A stretch of 50,378 nt of DNA. Source: Promethearchaeota archaeon. Its GTDB lineage: Archaea; Asgardarchaeota; Lokiarchaeia; Sigyniarchaeales; SOKP01. A program made the translations under genes and the position numbers. Shown piece after piece: positions 29,780-40,131 of this stretch. Where the stretch lies: contig JBHLNF010000018.1 of NCBI GenBank assembly GCA_048937405.1, positions 1-50,378 on the forward strand. Reading direction: 5' to 3'. Under the pieces are notes generated by a model, which ran no database searches, was not told the origin of the DNA, and saw only the letters and a list, made by a program, of their open reading frames with translations. Each line of letters starts with the position of its first letter. Within the stretch, counting starts at the first letter, position 1.

Positions 29780-29916
29780 GTTAATTTCCTACATTTTGTT
29801 TTATTACTATTCTTAAATAATTTTCCAAATTAATATAAAATTTATCAAGAGAAAAATTTCAGTAGAATTTACATGAATAGTTAATATTTTTATCTACATT
29901 TTCATTAATTTATTTT

Positions 29917-30354
29917 ATGTCAGAATTAGAACCTGTCAAATGGGATTATTATGAAATCGGGCAATCAGCATCATTTACTAAAACGATAACTGAAGAAGAT
30001 GTCATGAAATTTGCTGAAGTGACTGGAGATTACAATCCAATCCATGTGAATCCCGAATTTGCTGCAACTCAAATGTTTGGAAAACAAGTAGCGCATGGAG
30101 CTCTGAGTTCTGGGTTAATCTCAGCAGTATTAGGCACTTATTTATTCGGACCGGGTATATTATATGGTGGACAGACAGTAAGGTTTGAAAAACCAGTATT
30201 TTTTGGTGATACACTGACTGCCATTGCTACAGTAAAGAAAAAATATACTAAAAAAGAAGGCAAATTAAAATTTATTGATTGTGAGACTATTGTAAAAAAC
30301 CAGAATGGTGAAGTAGTAACATCTGGTGAAGGTACTATATTAGTTTTAAAATAA
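29917..30354 (+). CDS. MaoC family (R)-enoyl-CoA hydratase/dehydratase
   Basis: FAEVTGDYNPIH, VAHG, PVFFGD hot-dog motifs. Confidence 0.92.
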   Translation: MSELEPVKWDYYEIGQSASFTKTITEEDVMKFAEVTGDYNPIHVNPEFAATQMFGKQVAHGALSSGLISAVLGTYLFGPGILYGGQTVRFEKPVFFGDTLTAIATVKKKYTKKEGKLKFIDCETIVKNQNGEVVTSGEGTILVLK

Positions 30355-30567
30355 TTCTTTTCTTCTTTATTCTTCCTATAATTGGAAGCTAAATTATATA
30401 ATCTAAACCATTTAAGGCAATAATTTCTTTTAAGGATTTATAAATTTTTAATTATTTTCATTTTTGTAGTAGAATTTATTATTTCTTTGAATTTAAAAAG
30501 TATATTTTTACTTTTTTAAGTATAGTAATGAATCATTTCAGTAAGATAAGTGCACAAAGTAAGAATA

Positions 30568-31245
30568 TTACAAATCTTTTCTAAAACTATTAAATATTAA
30601 CAATGTACCTATTATGAATGAAATAGGGGCAATAATATTAGTCAATTCTATTATTATATCCACAGTTTTAGAAAATCCCATGTATCTATCTAAAATATCT
30701 GGTCCAAAGACATATCCGAAAATAATAACACAAGCACCAAACACAATCAATAAAGTTTTATTTCTTGAAGTTCCTATGTTATTCCAGAATAAGAAAAAGA
30801 TTAAAAAGGGAATAAAAGTTGTAAAGAGGAACACAAAAATTAGAATAATATTTGATAAGGAAGTAAATCCTAGCACTAATATTATAATAAGAGGAATAAG
30901 ACCTGCAAAATAATGTCTTTCATATGATATTAGATCCATAACTCTTTCTAAATGGATTATTTTTGTCCAAAATGGAAAAAACATGATTAAAATCCTAATT
31001 CTTAAAAGAAAAAAAGAAATTTGAACATTGTCTAAGAGAAATAATAATAATATTTGTAGGATATTCTCAATACTAATAAAAATATAAAACATTTCCCAAG
31101 AAAATAAGTCATTATAGAAGTGAAAATTTTTTTCTTTAGAAAATTTTTTTGAAATATATAGTTTGTCAATTATAAGCGCGGTAAAGAGTAGAGACAAGAT
31201 GATATTAACTATATATAATATTGTACCTAGAATTTCTAAATCCAT
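30568..31245 (-). CDS. Hypothetical multi-pass membrane protein
   Basis: About 7 hydrophobic segments; GGAGG SD precedes the ATG at 31245, so the ORF-track TTG start is probably too early. Confidence 0.75.
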   Translation of the reverse strand: MDLEILGTILYIVNIILSLLFTALIIDKLYISKKFSKEKNFHFYNDLFSWEMFYIFISIENILQILLLFLLDNVQISFFLLRIRILIMFFPFWTKIIHLERVMDLISYERHYFAGLIPLIIILVLGFTSLSNIILIFVFLFTTFIPFLIFFLFWNNIGTSRNKTLLIVFGACVIIFGYVFGPDILDRYMGFSKTVDIIIELTNIIAPISFIIGTLLIFNSFRKDL

Positions 31246-31281
31246 GATTAATCCTCCCAAATAGGAAATTGAATTATAAAG

Positions 31282-32577
31282 TTATTGATTTTTAAGGAAG
31301 AATAAAACCAAAGGTACTAAATTTCCTTTAAGCGATAATCTCTCATTTTTTCCTCGATTCACTAAATTAAATGCCAATTGGTTAATAGAATTTTCAGCAT
31401 CATCAAGATTGAATAAATTTCTGAATTTTGGATCATCTGGATTTGAGATAATTGTTTTTTGCCATTGAAGACCTAGCGCATTAGCTTGAAGTTGCAATCC
31501 TGCAAGTGCCATACCTGCTTCAATCTCCGCCCAGTATTTCGTATTCATAAATGCTTTTCCAATAGTACTATGCATAAATCCTGAGCATGGTTTCTTTCTA
31601 TCAATACATAATAAAATAGCGTAATGAGAAAAATCCATATCAAATTGACTTTCTATCTCATCTTTACGAATATCTGAAGTATAGCGTTTAAGAAAATGAT
31701 CATAAATCTTTCGATTATCAACCTTAATCCATCTATTTAACGCGGAATATCCAACAGGATTATATATATATGATCCTTTTGGCAGTTGAACAAGATCATC
31801 CACAATAACTATTGGATAAACTGCATAACCCGCACATCCAGAAGCATGAACTCTACCATAACCGTTTTTCTCCAAAACATCTCTATTTCCATGAGTAGCA
31901 TGATCAGTTTCTCCTTGGCAAGCCCATAACAATTGAGAGATTTCATGCAAATTTGTGTAATTTGGTGGCTTTTTATCAACATTTTTAAAGATGGCATCGT
32001 CTAACGGAATTCCCTTATATTGATTTTTGTAAATTGAACGTTCTTTATAACACGCTGGGATATCTAGCAATATTATTCCCTCCATCTCTGTTTTTTGAAG
32101 GGGCTCTAAAGTATCTTCTACTAAAATGCTCCGATCTCTTTCACGAACAGCCACAGAATATAGAAAAACATAATCATGATTTAGTATATTATTAATTAGT
32201 TTATTATATTTTTTTGGAGCTCTTGCGCGTTGAGATACTCCAAGTCCTATGCTTTCCACTTTTAACGAAAGATATTGCCAAATAAGGCCCATTTCTATTA
32301 ACTCAAATAATTCAAGTGGGTCGTTCCAATTCACCTCTGGATAGAGTTCCATTGAATATTGAGTCTTTTCTTTATCTGTAATTAATGATAGCTCATTATT
32401 TTTATACAAATATATTCCTCCATTATAATTCTCACCTTCGGGTAGAATAACAAATAAATTTTTTGATGATGCTGCGTGATTGGTTGATCTACAAATATCT
32501 AAAATCTGAGTTAATGAAAGTATTCTACCTTCTCCTGAACAGTCTTTTCGACTTGATAAGCATCCTTGCAAGCTCAT
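31282..32577 (-). CDS. Divergent nitroreductase-fold (SagB/ThcOx-like) protein, probably tandem domains
   Basis: ISQLLWACQG, RVHASGCAGYAV, LPKGSYIYNP, IEAGMALAGLQLQANALGL; N-terminal copy IEMGLIWQYLSLKVESIGLG. Confidence 0.7.
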   Translation of the reverse strand: MSLQGCLSSRKDCSGEGRILSLTQILDICRSTNHAASSKNLFVILPEGENYNGGIYLYKNNELSLITDKEKTQYSMELYPEVNWNDPLELFELIEMGLIWQYLSLKVESIGLGVSQRARAPKKYNKLINNILNHDYVFLYSVAVRERDRSILVEDTLEPLQKTEMEGIILLDIPACYKERSIYKNQYKGIPLDDAIFKNVDKKPPNYTNLHEISQLLWACQGETDHATHGNRDVLEKNGYGRVHASGCAGYAVYPIVIVDDLVQLPKGSYIYNPVGYSALNRWIKVDNRKIYDHFLKRYTSDIRKDEIESQFDMDFSHYAILLCIDRKKPCSGFMHSTIGKAFMNTKYWAEIEAGMALAGLQLQANALGLQWQKTIISNPDDPKFRNLFNLDDAENSINQLAFNLVNRGKNERLSLKGNLVPLVLFFLKNQ

Positions 32578-32807
32578 GTTTATATAATTTCTTTTATTTG
32601 ATTAAATGAAATTCTAATATTTTCTTCAAATAAAATTTATGATTATTAAAATTTAATAAATTTTACCTTAATAAAGTAAAAAGTAAAATTTTTTATCTAA
32701 TCTTGATGTTTAAAATAAGATTGAAAGATCATTAAATTTGATCTGAACCATTAAAACTGAGAGATTATTCATTTGACTTAATAAGTATGCAATAGGAGGA
32801 TAATTGT

Positions 32808-34385
32808 ATGACTTGGCTCAATATAGGTGAAATTGTTAATGTTAATGCTAAAAAATATCCAAATAAATTAGCCCTAAAAGATAAACGAAAAGAACTAACA
32901 TTTAAAGAGTTAAATGAAAGAACTAATAAACTTACTAATGGAATTCTTAAAAATGGCATAAAAAAAGGCGACAAAGTTGCTATTTTGTCAAATAATTGTA
33001 TTGAATTTATGGAACTATTCATTGCAGCAGCTAAAGGAGGATTTATTCTTGTCCCATTAAATTTTCGATTACATCCTGATGATATAAATTTTGTAATTAA
33101 AAACTCAGATGCAAAATGGTTCTTTGTAGAATCTCGATTCTATTCCACAACTGAAAAAATATGGAAAGAAGCTAAAGAGTTGGGATTCGAAAATATAGAG
33201 CGCGTTCTAATTGCCGATAATCCTACAGAAGGTTGGAAGTTCTATGAAGATCTTGTTGAAATGGGAGATAATGAATATCCTTCCATAAAAGTTGATCCAG
33301 AGGACACATGGATAATCCTTTATACCTCTGGAACAACAGGCAGACCAAAGGGCGTTATTCGTTCTCATCGTTCTTTTATCGCGTTTTTTTTAATTAATGA
33401 AGTAGAATTTTCTTTTACACCTCAAGATTATGGAATGATATTGATGCCATTGTCACACGTAAATTCTATATTTCATTCTTTCGTATTTACCTACTTAGGA
33501 GCTCCAGTTTTTATACATATAGAATACAATTTTAACCCTGAAGAAGTATTAAAAATAATTAGTCAAGAGAAAATAACATTTACTTCAATGATACCTACTC
33601 ATTATAATCTAATATTAAGTTTATCAGAAGAAACAATACAAAAATACGACCTTAACAGTATAAACTCGTTATTAACTTCATCCGCTCCTGCTACCAAACA
33701 AATGAAATTAGGTGTTATGAAACTTTTTAGTAAAGCGCGACTTTTTGAGGCGTATGGATCAACTGAAGCAGGATTAGTTACAATACTAAGACCTGAAGAC
33801 CAGATGAATAAATTAGGTTCTATTGGTAAAGAATGTATTGGAAGTGATAATATAAAATTATTAGATAAAGAAGGAAATCCTGTAGCAATTGGAGAAATTG
33901 GTGAGTTATATTCCCGTAGTCCACAATTGTTTGATGAGTATTATAAATTGCCTGAAAAAACTAAAGAATCATTCAATGGAGAACATTTTAGTGCAGGTGA
34001 TATGGCGACGAGAGATAAAGATGGCTTTTATTATTTAGTGGATAGAAAAGCTAATATGATAATAAGTGGGGGAGAGCATATTTATCCCTCTGAAGTTGAG
34101 AAAGTGATCCTATCACATCCTTCAGTTAAAGAATGTGCTGTAGTTGGTTTGCAGGATTATAAGTGGGGTGAATGTGTTACTGGTGTGTGTGTTTTAAACG
34201 AGAATGTAGACTTGGATACCTTTAATGAGGAAATGCACCAATATTGTCAAGATAAATTAGCTAGATTTAAGATTCCAAAAAAATTCATATGCATCAGTTC
34301 TAAAGAAATTCCTAGAACTAGTTCTGGAAAAATTATTCATCGAAAATTAAGAGAAAAGTATGATAAACAAACTAGTGATTTATAA
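32808..34385 (+). CDS. AMP-binding acyl/aryl-CoA ligase
   Basis: YTSGTTGRPKG, YGSTE, SAGD, DRKANMIISGGE, PRTSSGK. Confidence 0.93.
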   Translation: MTWLNIGEIVNVNAKKYPNKLALKDKRKELTFKELNERTNKLTNGILKNGIKKGDKVAILSNNCIEFMELFIAAAKGGFILVPLNFRLHPDDINFVIKNSDAKWFFVESRFYSTTEKIWKEAKELGFENIERVLIADNPTEGWKFYEDLVEMGDNEYPSIKVDPEDTWIILYTSGTTGRPKGVIRSHRSFIAFFLINEVEFSFTPQDYGMILMPLSHVNSIFHSFVFTYLGAPVFIHIEYNFNPEEVLKIISQEKITFTSMIPTHYNLILSLSEETIQKYDLNSINSLLTSSAPATKQMKLGVMKLFSKARLFEAYGSTEAGLVTILRPEDQMNKLGSIGKECIGSDNIKLLDKEGNPVAIGEIGELYSRSPQLFDEYYKLPEKTKESFNGEHFSAGDMATRDKDGFYYLVDRKANMIISGGEHIYPSEVEKVILSHPSVKECAVVGLQDYKWGECVTGVCVLNENVDLDTFNEEMHQYCQDKLARFKIPKKFICISSKEIPRTSSGKIIHRKLREKYDKQTSDL

Positions 34386-34428
34386 AAAATATCAAAACAG
34401 TGCTTAAAAAATATAATGGGTTTAGTAA

Positions 34429-35637
34429 ATGTTATTTAAAGAAGCATATATACCATATGGACAGTATTGGAGTACTCCTTTTTCAAGGTGGCAAATGAGT
34501 TTCCAAAATCTCCACGCCATAAGATTTGCAGCAGATATTACTAAAAAATTTTTGGATATAAAGGGAATCTCATCTAACATCTTTGATAAACTAATCTTTG
34601 GTATTACAATTCCCCAACTTTCTAGTTTTTATGGAGGACCTTGGTTAGCAAGTATGATTGGAATAAAACATGTTACTGGACCTATGATTAGTCAAGCATG
34701 TGCCACTGGAACAAATGCAATTTCTATTGCTGCCCAGAATATTGAATCTGGATTAAATAATACTGTACTTGTAATAACAGCAGATCGATGCTCTAATGGA
34801 CCTCACTTAGTCTATGTAAATCCTCAGGCTCCAGGAAACACCTTAGATTCAGAAAATTGGGTTTGGGATAACTTTGGAAATGACCCATTTGCTAAAAACT
34901 CAATGATTCAAACAGCTGAAAATGTAGCCAAAGAAGTAGGTATTAGTAAAAAGGAACAAGACAAAATTACGATAATGCGATATAATCAATACCAAAATTC
35001 ATTAAAAAATAATAGGGCATTCCAAAAGAGATACATGATAGAACCAATCGAAATTAAAGATCACAAAGGTCAAAAAATACTTTCCATAATAGAAGGAGAT
35101 GAAGGAATCTATCCTACAACAATGGAAGGTTTATTAAAACTTAAACCAGTTCTTTCAGAAGGTACTGTTACTTATGGAACTCAAACACATCCCGCCGATG
35201 GTAATTGTGGAATAATAGTTACATCAAAAGAGAAAGCAGATCAATTAAGAAAAAGAGAAGATGTTGAGATTAGAATTGTATCTTATGGAGAATATAGGAC
35301 TAAGAAAGGATATATGGCAATGGCCATAGTTCCAGCTGCAAATAAAGCTCTAAAAAAAGGAAATATTTCTATTAAAGATGTATCTGTGATTAAAACACAT
35401 AATCCTTTTGCAGTTAATGATATATATTTCTGTATGGAAATGGACGTTGATTGGAAGGATATGAATAACTACGGAAGTTCACTCATATATGGACACCCTC
35501 AAGCACCTACAATGATGCGTGTAATTATAGAATTAATAGAAGAATTAGTAGAAAAAGGAGGGGGATTTGGCCTTGCAGACGGATGTGCTGCTGGAGATTC
35601 AGCAGCAGCTCTACTGTTAGAAGTAAAAGTTAATTGA
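34429..35637 (+). CDS. Thiolase family protein
   Basis: SQACATG active Cys, KTHNPFA, YGHP, GCAAGD; YIPYGxYWSTPF N-terminus. Confidence 0.9.
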   Translation: MLFKEAYIPYGQYWSTPFSRWQMSFQNLHAIRFAADITKKFLDIKGISSNIFDKLIFGITIPQLSSFYGGPWLASMIGIKHVTGPMISQACATGTNAISIAAQNIESGLNNTVLVITADRCSNGPHLVYVNPQAPGNTLDSENWVWDNFGNDPFAKNSMIQTAENVAKEVGISKKEQDKITIMRYNQYQNSLKNNRAFQKRYMIEPIEIKDHKGQKILSIIEGDEGIYPTTMEGLLKLKPVLSEGTVTYGTQTHPADGNCGIIVTSKEKADQLRKREDVEIRIVSYGEYRTKKGYMAMAIVPAANKALKKGNISIKDVSVIKTHNPFAVNDIYFCMEMDVDWKDMNNYGSSLIYGHPQAPTMMRVIIELIEELVEKGGGFGLADGCAAGDSAAALLLEVKVN

Positions 35638-35688
35638 TTTAAAATCATACTTTAAATTTTAAAAAATAAGAAAATAACTAATTTCGAG

Positions 35689-36933
35689 GTGAATTTCATA
35701 CTTAGAAAGAAGCTTCACGCGACAAAAGAATTAGACCAACTAATGTCAAAATATTACCATGAATTGAACCAAGCTTCAAAAGACAATAATAAGAAAATAG
35801 CTTGGTGTTCAAGTGTTGGACCAGCAGAAATTTTAAGAAGTTTGGATTTTGAAGTTTATTTCCCAGAAAATCATAGTGCTATGTTAGGAACTTCTAGAAT
35901 GGCTACAGATTTAATTCCATATGCAAATGCAATTGGTTATTCACCCGAAATTTGTTCATATCTTACAGCTGATATTGGAGCTTATTTAAAACAAAAAACT
36001 CCATTAACGAAGGCCTACCCTGATATTAAAAGTATTCCTAAACCTGATGTATTAGTTTTTAATACAAACCAATGTAGAGAAGTTCGAGACTGGTTTAGTT
36101 GGTATGCCAATGAATTCCGGGTACCATTACTGGGTATTTCAACCCCAAGAACTATAGATGATATTGAAAATAGCCATATTAAGTTTATTTCACAACAAAT
36201 GGAAGGTCTTATTCAAAAATTAGAAAAAATTTCAAAGATTAATTTTGATCTTAATAAACTCAAAGAAGTATTATCACTCTCTCGTAAATGTTCTGAACTA
36301 TGGGAAAAAGTGTTAGACACAGCAGCTACTATACCTTCCCCGTTAACTTTCTTTGATGGTACTATTCATATGGCTCCCGCAGTAGTTATGAGGGGAACAG
36401 ATCAAGCTGTAGACTATTACAAAATTTTATTAGCAGAACTACAGGAGAGAATTAACAATCATATTGGAGCTGTGGAAGATGAAAGGTTTAGGCTTTATTG
36501 GGAAGGAATGCCTATTTGGGGAAGGTTAAAACACTATTCTGAATTATTTGCTAATCTAAAAACATGTGTAGTTGCATCAACCTATTGCAATAGCTGGATT
36601 TTTTCAGCTTTCGATGAAAATGATCCCTTTAGAAGCATGGCTAAAGCATATACTGAACTTTTTATTGTCCGTTCAGATGAATATAAAGAAAAATATCTTC
36701 TTAAAAAATTAGTATTTTTTAACATTAACGGTATTATTTTTCATGATGCCAAAACTTGCCCATATAATACTAATTCTCGATATGGTATGCCACAAAGACT
36801 CGAAAATAATATCGGAATTCCCCATCTGATTATAAATGGAGATTTAAATGATTTAAGATGTCTTTCTGATGAACAGTCAAGAACAAGCATCGAAGCATTT
36901 ATTGAACAATTAGAAGAAATTAAAAGAACTTAA
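35689..36933 (+). CDS. 2-hydroxyacyl-CoA dehydratase / benzoyl-CoA reductase-type FeS subunit; start possibly ATA at 35698
   Basis: AWCSSVGPAE, FPENH, EICSY, NTNQC, RLYWEGMPIW, HDAKTCP, IEAFIEQL. Confidence 0.88.
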   Translation: MNFILRKKLHATKELDQLMSKYYHELNQASKDNNKKIAWCSSVGPAEILRSLDFEVYFPENHSAMLGTSRMATDLIPYANAIGYSPEICSYLTADIGAYLKQKTPLTKAYPDIKSIPKPDVLVFNTNQCREVRDWFSWYANEFRVPLLGISTPRTIDDIENSHIKFISQQMEGLIQKLEKISKINFDLNKLKEVLSLSRKCSELWEKVLDTAATIPSPLTFFDGTIHMAPAVVMRGTDQAVDYYKILLAELQERINNHIGAVEDERFRLYWEGMPIWGRLKHYSELFANLKTCVVASTYCNSWIFSAFDENDPFRSMAKAYTELFIVRSDEYKEKYLLKKLVFFNINGIIFHDAKTCPYNTNSRYGMPQRLENNIGIPHLIINGDLNDLRCLSDEQSRTSIEAFIEQLEEIKRT

Positions 36934-37006
36934 ATTTCAATGTAATAATCTAAAAATTGTAAAAAAATATAAATAAAAGAAAATGATATAAAAAGCAGAT
37001 CTTATA

Positions 37007-37477
37007 ATGGTTAATAAAATAAAAGCAATTGAAATAAAAAATTATATTGGGAAGGAGTTTCACACAAAGTGGTATCAAGTTACTCAAGAAGCAATTGATA
37101 AATTTGCTGATCTTACACGTGATCATCAATATATTCATATTGATCCTGAATTAGCAAAAAAGTCAATTTATGGGGAAACAGTTGCTCATGGTTTTTTTGT
37201 TTTGTCTATGCTAGGTTTTTTTACATTACAGGATGGAGAGCAAGAGGCTATGCAATTTTATGTAACAGATGCAAAATCAATACTTAATTATGGATTTGAT
37301 AAGATAAGATTTATTTCTGCTGTTCCTATAGGTGCATTTATCAGGGATGTAACCTATATTTCAAAAGTTGAGTTAGTCAAACGAGGTATGAAATTCACAT
37401 CACATCATACAATTGAAATTAAAGGTCAAAAAAAACCTGCGCTCATAGCAGATTGGATAAATTTACTAATTTTATAA
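37007..37477 (+). CDS. MaoC family dehydratase (NodN-like)
   Basis: FADLTRDHQYIH, TVAHG, NYGFDKIRF. Confidence 0.9.
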   Translation: MVNKIKAIEIKNYIGKEFHTKWYQVTQEAIDKFADLTRDHQYIHIDPELAKKSIYGETVAHGFFVLSMLGFFTLQDGEQEAMQFYVTDAKSILNYGFDKIRFISAVPIGAFIRDVTYISKVELVKRGMKFTSHHTIEIKGQKKPALIADWINLLIL

Positions 37478-37594
37478 AGAAAAAACAGAGAGTAATTTTT
37501 TAGAATTTTAGAAAACCATATCAGTTATTACATAAATCCATTGAATTGATGATTTAATATATAATAATTTAAAATTTTGAAAATTGAAATATTT

Positions 37595-38530
37595 ATGGCA
37601 GAGAATTTGAAGTTTGTAATCATAGGAATAGGACCAACAGGGGGGATTTTAGCTGCTCATCTAGCCACAGCTGGTTATGAGGTTGTTCTTGTTGATATTA
37701 ATGAAAATCATATGAATGCTATAAAAAACAATGGACTCAAAATTAGATATCTCAAAGAATTTAACATTACTTTTCCAAAAGAAAATATTTTAAATTCAAT
37801 AAATGATCTTCAAAATAAAGAAATAGATGTTTTATTTATTGCTGTAAAAGCCCCTCATCTTAGAAATATTTTATCACAAGTTAAAAAAGTTGTAAAATCG
37901 AAAACAACCTTGATTAGTATGCAAAATGGATTTGATACAGAACAAATAATTGCTGAATATATTGGAGAAGAAAATTCTTTGCGCATGATAGTTAATTTTG
38001 GTGGTTATATTATAGATAATGGAGTAATAAGAATGTCATTTTTTAATCCTCCAAATTATTTAGGATTACTAACAATAAAAGCTGAAGAAAAAGCAAAAAA
38101 AATAGCAGAAATAATTACTTCATCAGGAATGGAAACAATTTTCACTCATGATATCAAAGAGGAGGTTTGGAAAAAAAGTATTCTTAACACAATAGCTCCT
38201 CTCTGTGTATTAACCCATACAACAATGAAGGAGATAATGGATTTTAGTGAAACAAGAAAAATAAGTAGAAAATTATTATATGAAGGATTAAAGGTTGCAG
38301 AAGCATATGGTATTAATTTAGAACCAGACTTTATAGATAAAGGTATAGATTATTTGGAACATTTAGGACATCATAGAGTGTCAATGGCGCAAGATATCTA
38401 TAACGGAAATCCCTCTGAAATAGACTTTCTCAATGGAAAAATTGTAGAATATGGTAATATCAAAGGCATAGAAACACCCTATAATAAATTACTTGTTTCT
38501 TTAATAAAGGTATGTGAATTTGCTCCATAA
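37595..38530 (+). CDS. panE: 2-dehydropantoate 2-reductase (ketopantoate reductase) family
   Basis: GIGPTGG, IAVKA, QNG, WKK..LN, SMAQD...SEIDFLNG, TPYN. Confidence 0.88.
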   Translation: MAENLKFVIIGIGPTGGILAAHLATAGYEVVLVDINENHMNAIKNNGLKIRYLKEFNITFPKENILNSINDLQNKEIDVLFIAVKAPHLRNILSQVKKVVKSKTTLISMQNGFDTEQIIAEYIGEENSLRMIVNFGGYIIDNGVIRMSFFNPPNYLGLLTIKAEEKAKKIAEIITSSGMETIFTHDIKEEVWKKSILNTIAPLCVLTHTTMKEIMDFSETRKISRKLLYEGLKVAEAYGINLEPDFIDKGIDYLEHLGHHRVSMAQDIYNGNPSEIDFLNGKIVEYGNIKGIETPYNKLLVSLIKVCEFAP

Positions 38531-38566
38531 ATTGCTAATATATCATAAATCATTTAATATATAATT

Positions 38567-39349
38567 ATGAGTAATAAAATCTTTTTTGCAGGTATTGATG
38601 TTGGAACATCATATATAAAATCAGTAATCATAGATATTAAAAAAGAATTAGTAAGCTCATTTATTAAGCGGACTGGTACTTCAATTGAGACCTCAAGTAA
38701 AACTGCTCTTGATGAAGTTATTAATAGAGTATCATTAACAAAATCATCTATAAAGCACATTACAGCAACCGGTTATGGAAAGAATAAGATTCCTTTTGCT
38801 GATAGTTATAAAACCGAAATTAGTTGTCATGCGAAGGGGGCTTATCATTATTTTCCAAAGAAAATTACAATTATTGACATTGGGGGTCAAGATACCAAGG
38901 TTATCAAGCTTGATAAAGAAGGAAAATTAATTCGATTTAAAATGAATAGAAAATGTGCTGCAGGTACAGGAGCTTTCATTGAAGAAATTGCATACCGCTT
39001 AGATATTCCACTTAATGAATTAAACACATTAGCATTAAAATCTAGATCAAATACACCACTTGCAAGTTATTGTACCGTTTTTGCTAAAACAGAAATTCTT
39101 ACCCGTATCAAAGAGGGTGAAAAGGTGGAAGACATGATAAAAAGTGCTTTTGGCTCAGTTATAAGAAGAATAATTGAGATGACTGAAATAGAAGGTTCAG
39201 TTGTTCTTACTGGTGGATTAATTGCTCATAATAGCATTATAGGAGAGATCCTAAAAAAAGAAATAAATGTTGATATTTTTATTCCCCCTCATCCACAATT
39301 AATTGGAGCATTTGGAGCTGCATTATTTGCCTTAGAAAATTATGATTAA
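38567..39349 (+). CDS. CoA-substrate-specific enzyme activase (HgdC/BcrAD/BadFG ATPase)
   Basis: GIDVGTS, TGYG, EISCHAKG, IDIGGQDTK, MNRKCAAGTG, CTVFA. Confidence 0.93.
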   Translation: MSNKIFFAGIDVGTSYIKSVIIDIKKELVSSFIKRTGTSIETSSKTALDEVINRVSLTKSSIKHITATGYGKNKIPFADSYKTEISCHAKGAYHYFPKKITIIDIGGQDTKVIKLDKEGKLIRFKMNRKCAAGTGAFIEEIAYRLDIPLNELNTLALKSRSNTPLASYCTVFAKTEILTRIKEGEKVEDMIKSAFGSVIRRIIEMTEIEGSVVLTGGLIAHNSIIGEILKKEINVDIFIPPHPQLIGAFGAALFALENYD

Positions 39350-39402
39350 AAACAAAATTAAAAAATAAAAAAATAAAAAATTTATAAATGTTCTAGGTAA
39401 TT

Positions 39403-39921
39403 CTAAGTTAATATTTTTCCTAACTCTTTTCTAGCTTTTTTGGTTTCTTCATTTGTGATAAAGAATCCAATAAAATAAGCAAGTAAGATAAGTAAAAAAT
39501 AGATTAATGCAGTTAAATAAAACCACCGTCCTAAATGCCCCATTACATCCATAATTATCCACTTTAATAACCATGTAGACGCGCCTCCTAAAATTACGAA
39601 TATGATATCAAATAAGGAATTAATCAATGAATCCTTCCTATTTTCATTTTTTAAGCCCAATTTCCAAATTATCGTATTTTCTATTAATTCCCAACAAACA
39701 GCAACAATTAGCACAAAAATAAGGATATAGTACCATGGCATTGTTGCTGGACCGATAAGCATCTCCCAAACCGTTATTATTAATGAAAAAATAGAAAACG
39801 CAGCTATTCCAAAGGCAATATGACCCCAACTATAATAATCCCAAGGCGAACGACCCACATAATCATTTAGAAGCCCAACAAACGGAACATAATGTTTTTT
39901 TCCAGATTCTTCACTTGACAT
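39403..39921 (-). CDS. Membrane protein, DUF2585-like
   Basis: DYYSWGH, WELIEN, DSLINSLFD motifs; about 4 TM helices. Confidence 0.7.
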   Translation of the reverse strand: MSSEESGKKHYVPFVGLLNDYVGRSPWDYYSWGHIAFGIAAFSIFSLIITVWEMLIGPATMPWYYILIFVLIVAVCWELIENTIIWKLGLKNENRKDSLINSLFDIIFVILGGASTWLLKWIIMDVMGHLGRWFYLTALIYFLLILLAYFIGFFITNEETKKARKELGKILT

Positions 39922-40061
39922 TTAAAAACCTCATTCTAATTTTCTAATTTTTTTCAAACAGATTTCTTAATAATACCACAGTATACTATTTTATAAATTT
40001 AAGTAATAAAAATCTAATCTTATTATTTGACATTTTATTAAAGGATTTGGAAATCAAATTT

Positions 40062-40110
40062 ATATACGTATATTAACCTTTGTAAGTTATAGATCACTTT
40101 ATTGATCTAT
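40062..40110. promoter_or_regulatory. Palindromes in the promoter of the surface-protein pair
   Basis: ATATACGTATAT (40062-40073) overlapping a TATA-like TTTATATA; ATAGATCA-N6-TGATCTAT (40089-40110). Confidence 0.45.
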
Positions 40111-40131
40111 TTTTAAAAAAAAAGTTATCTA

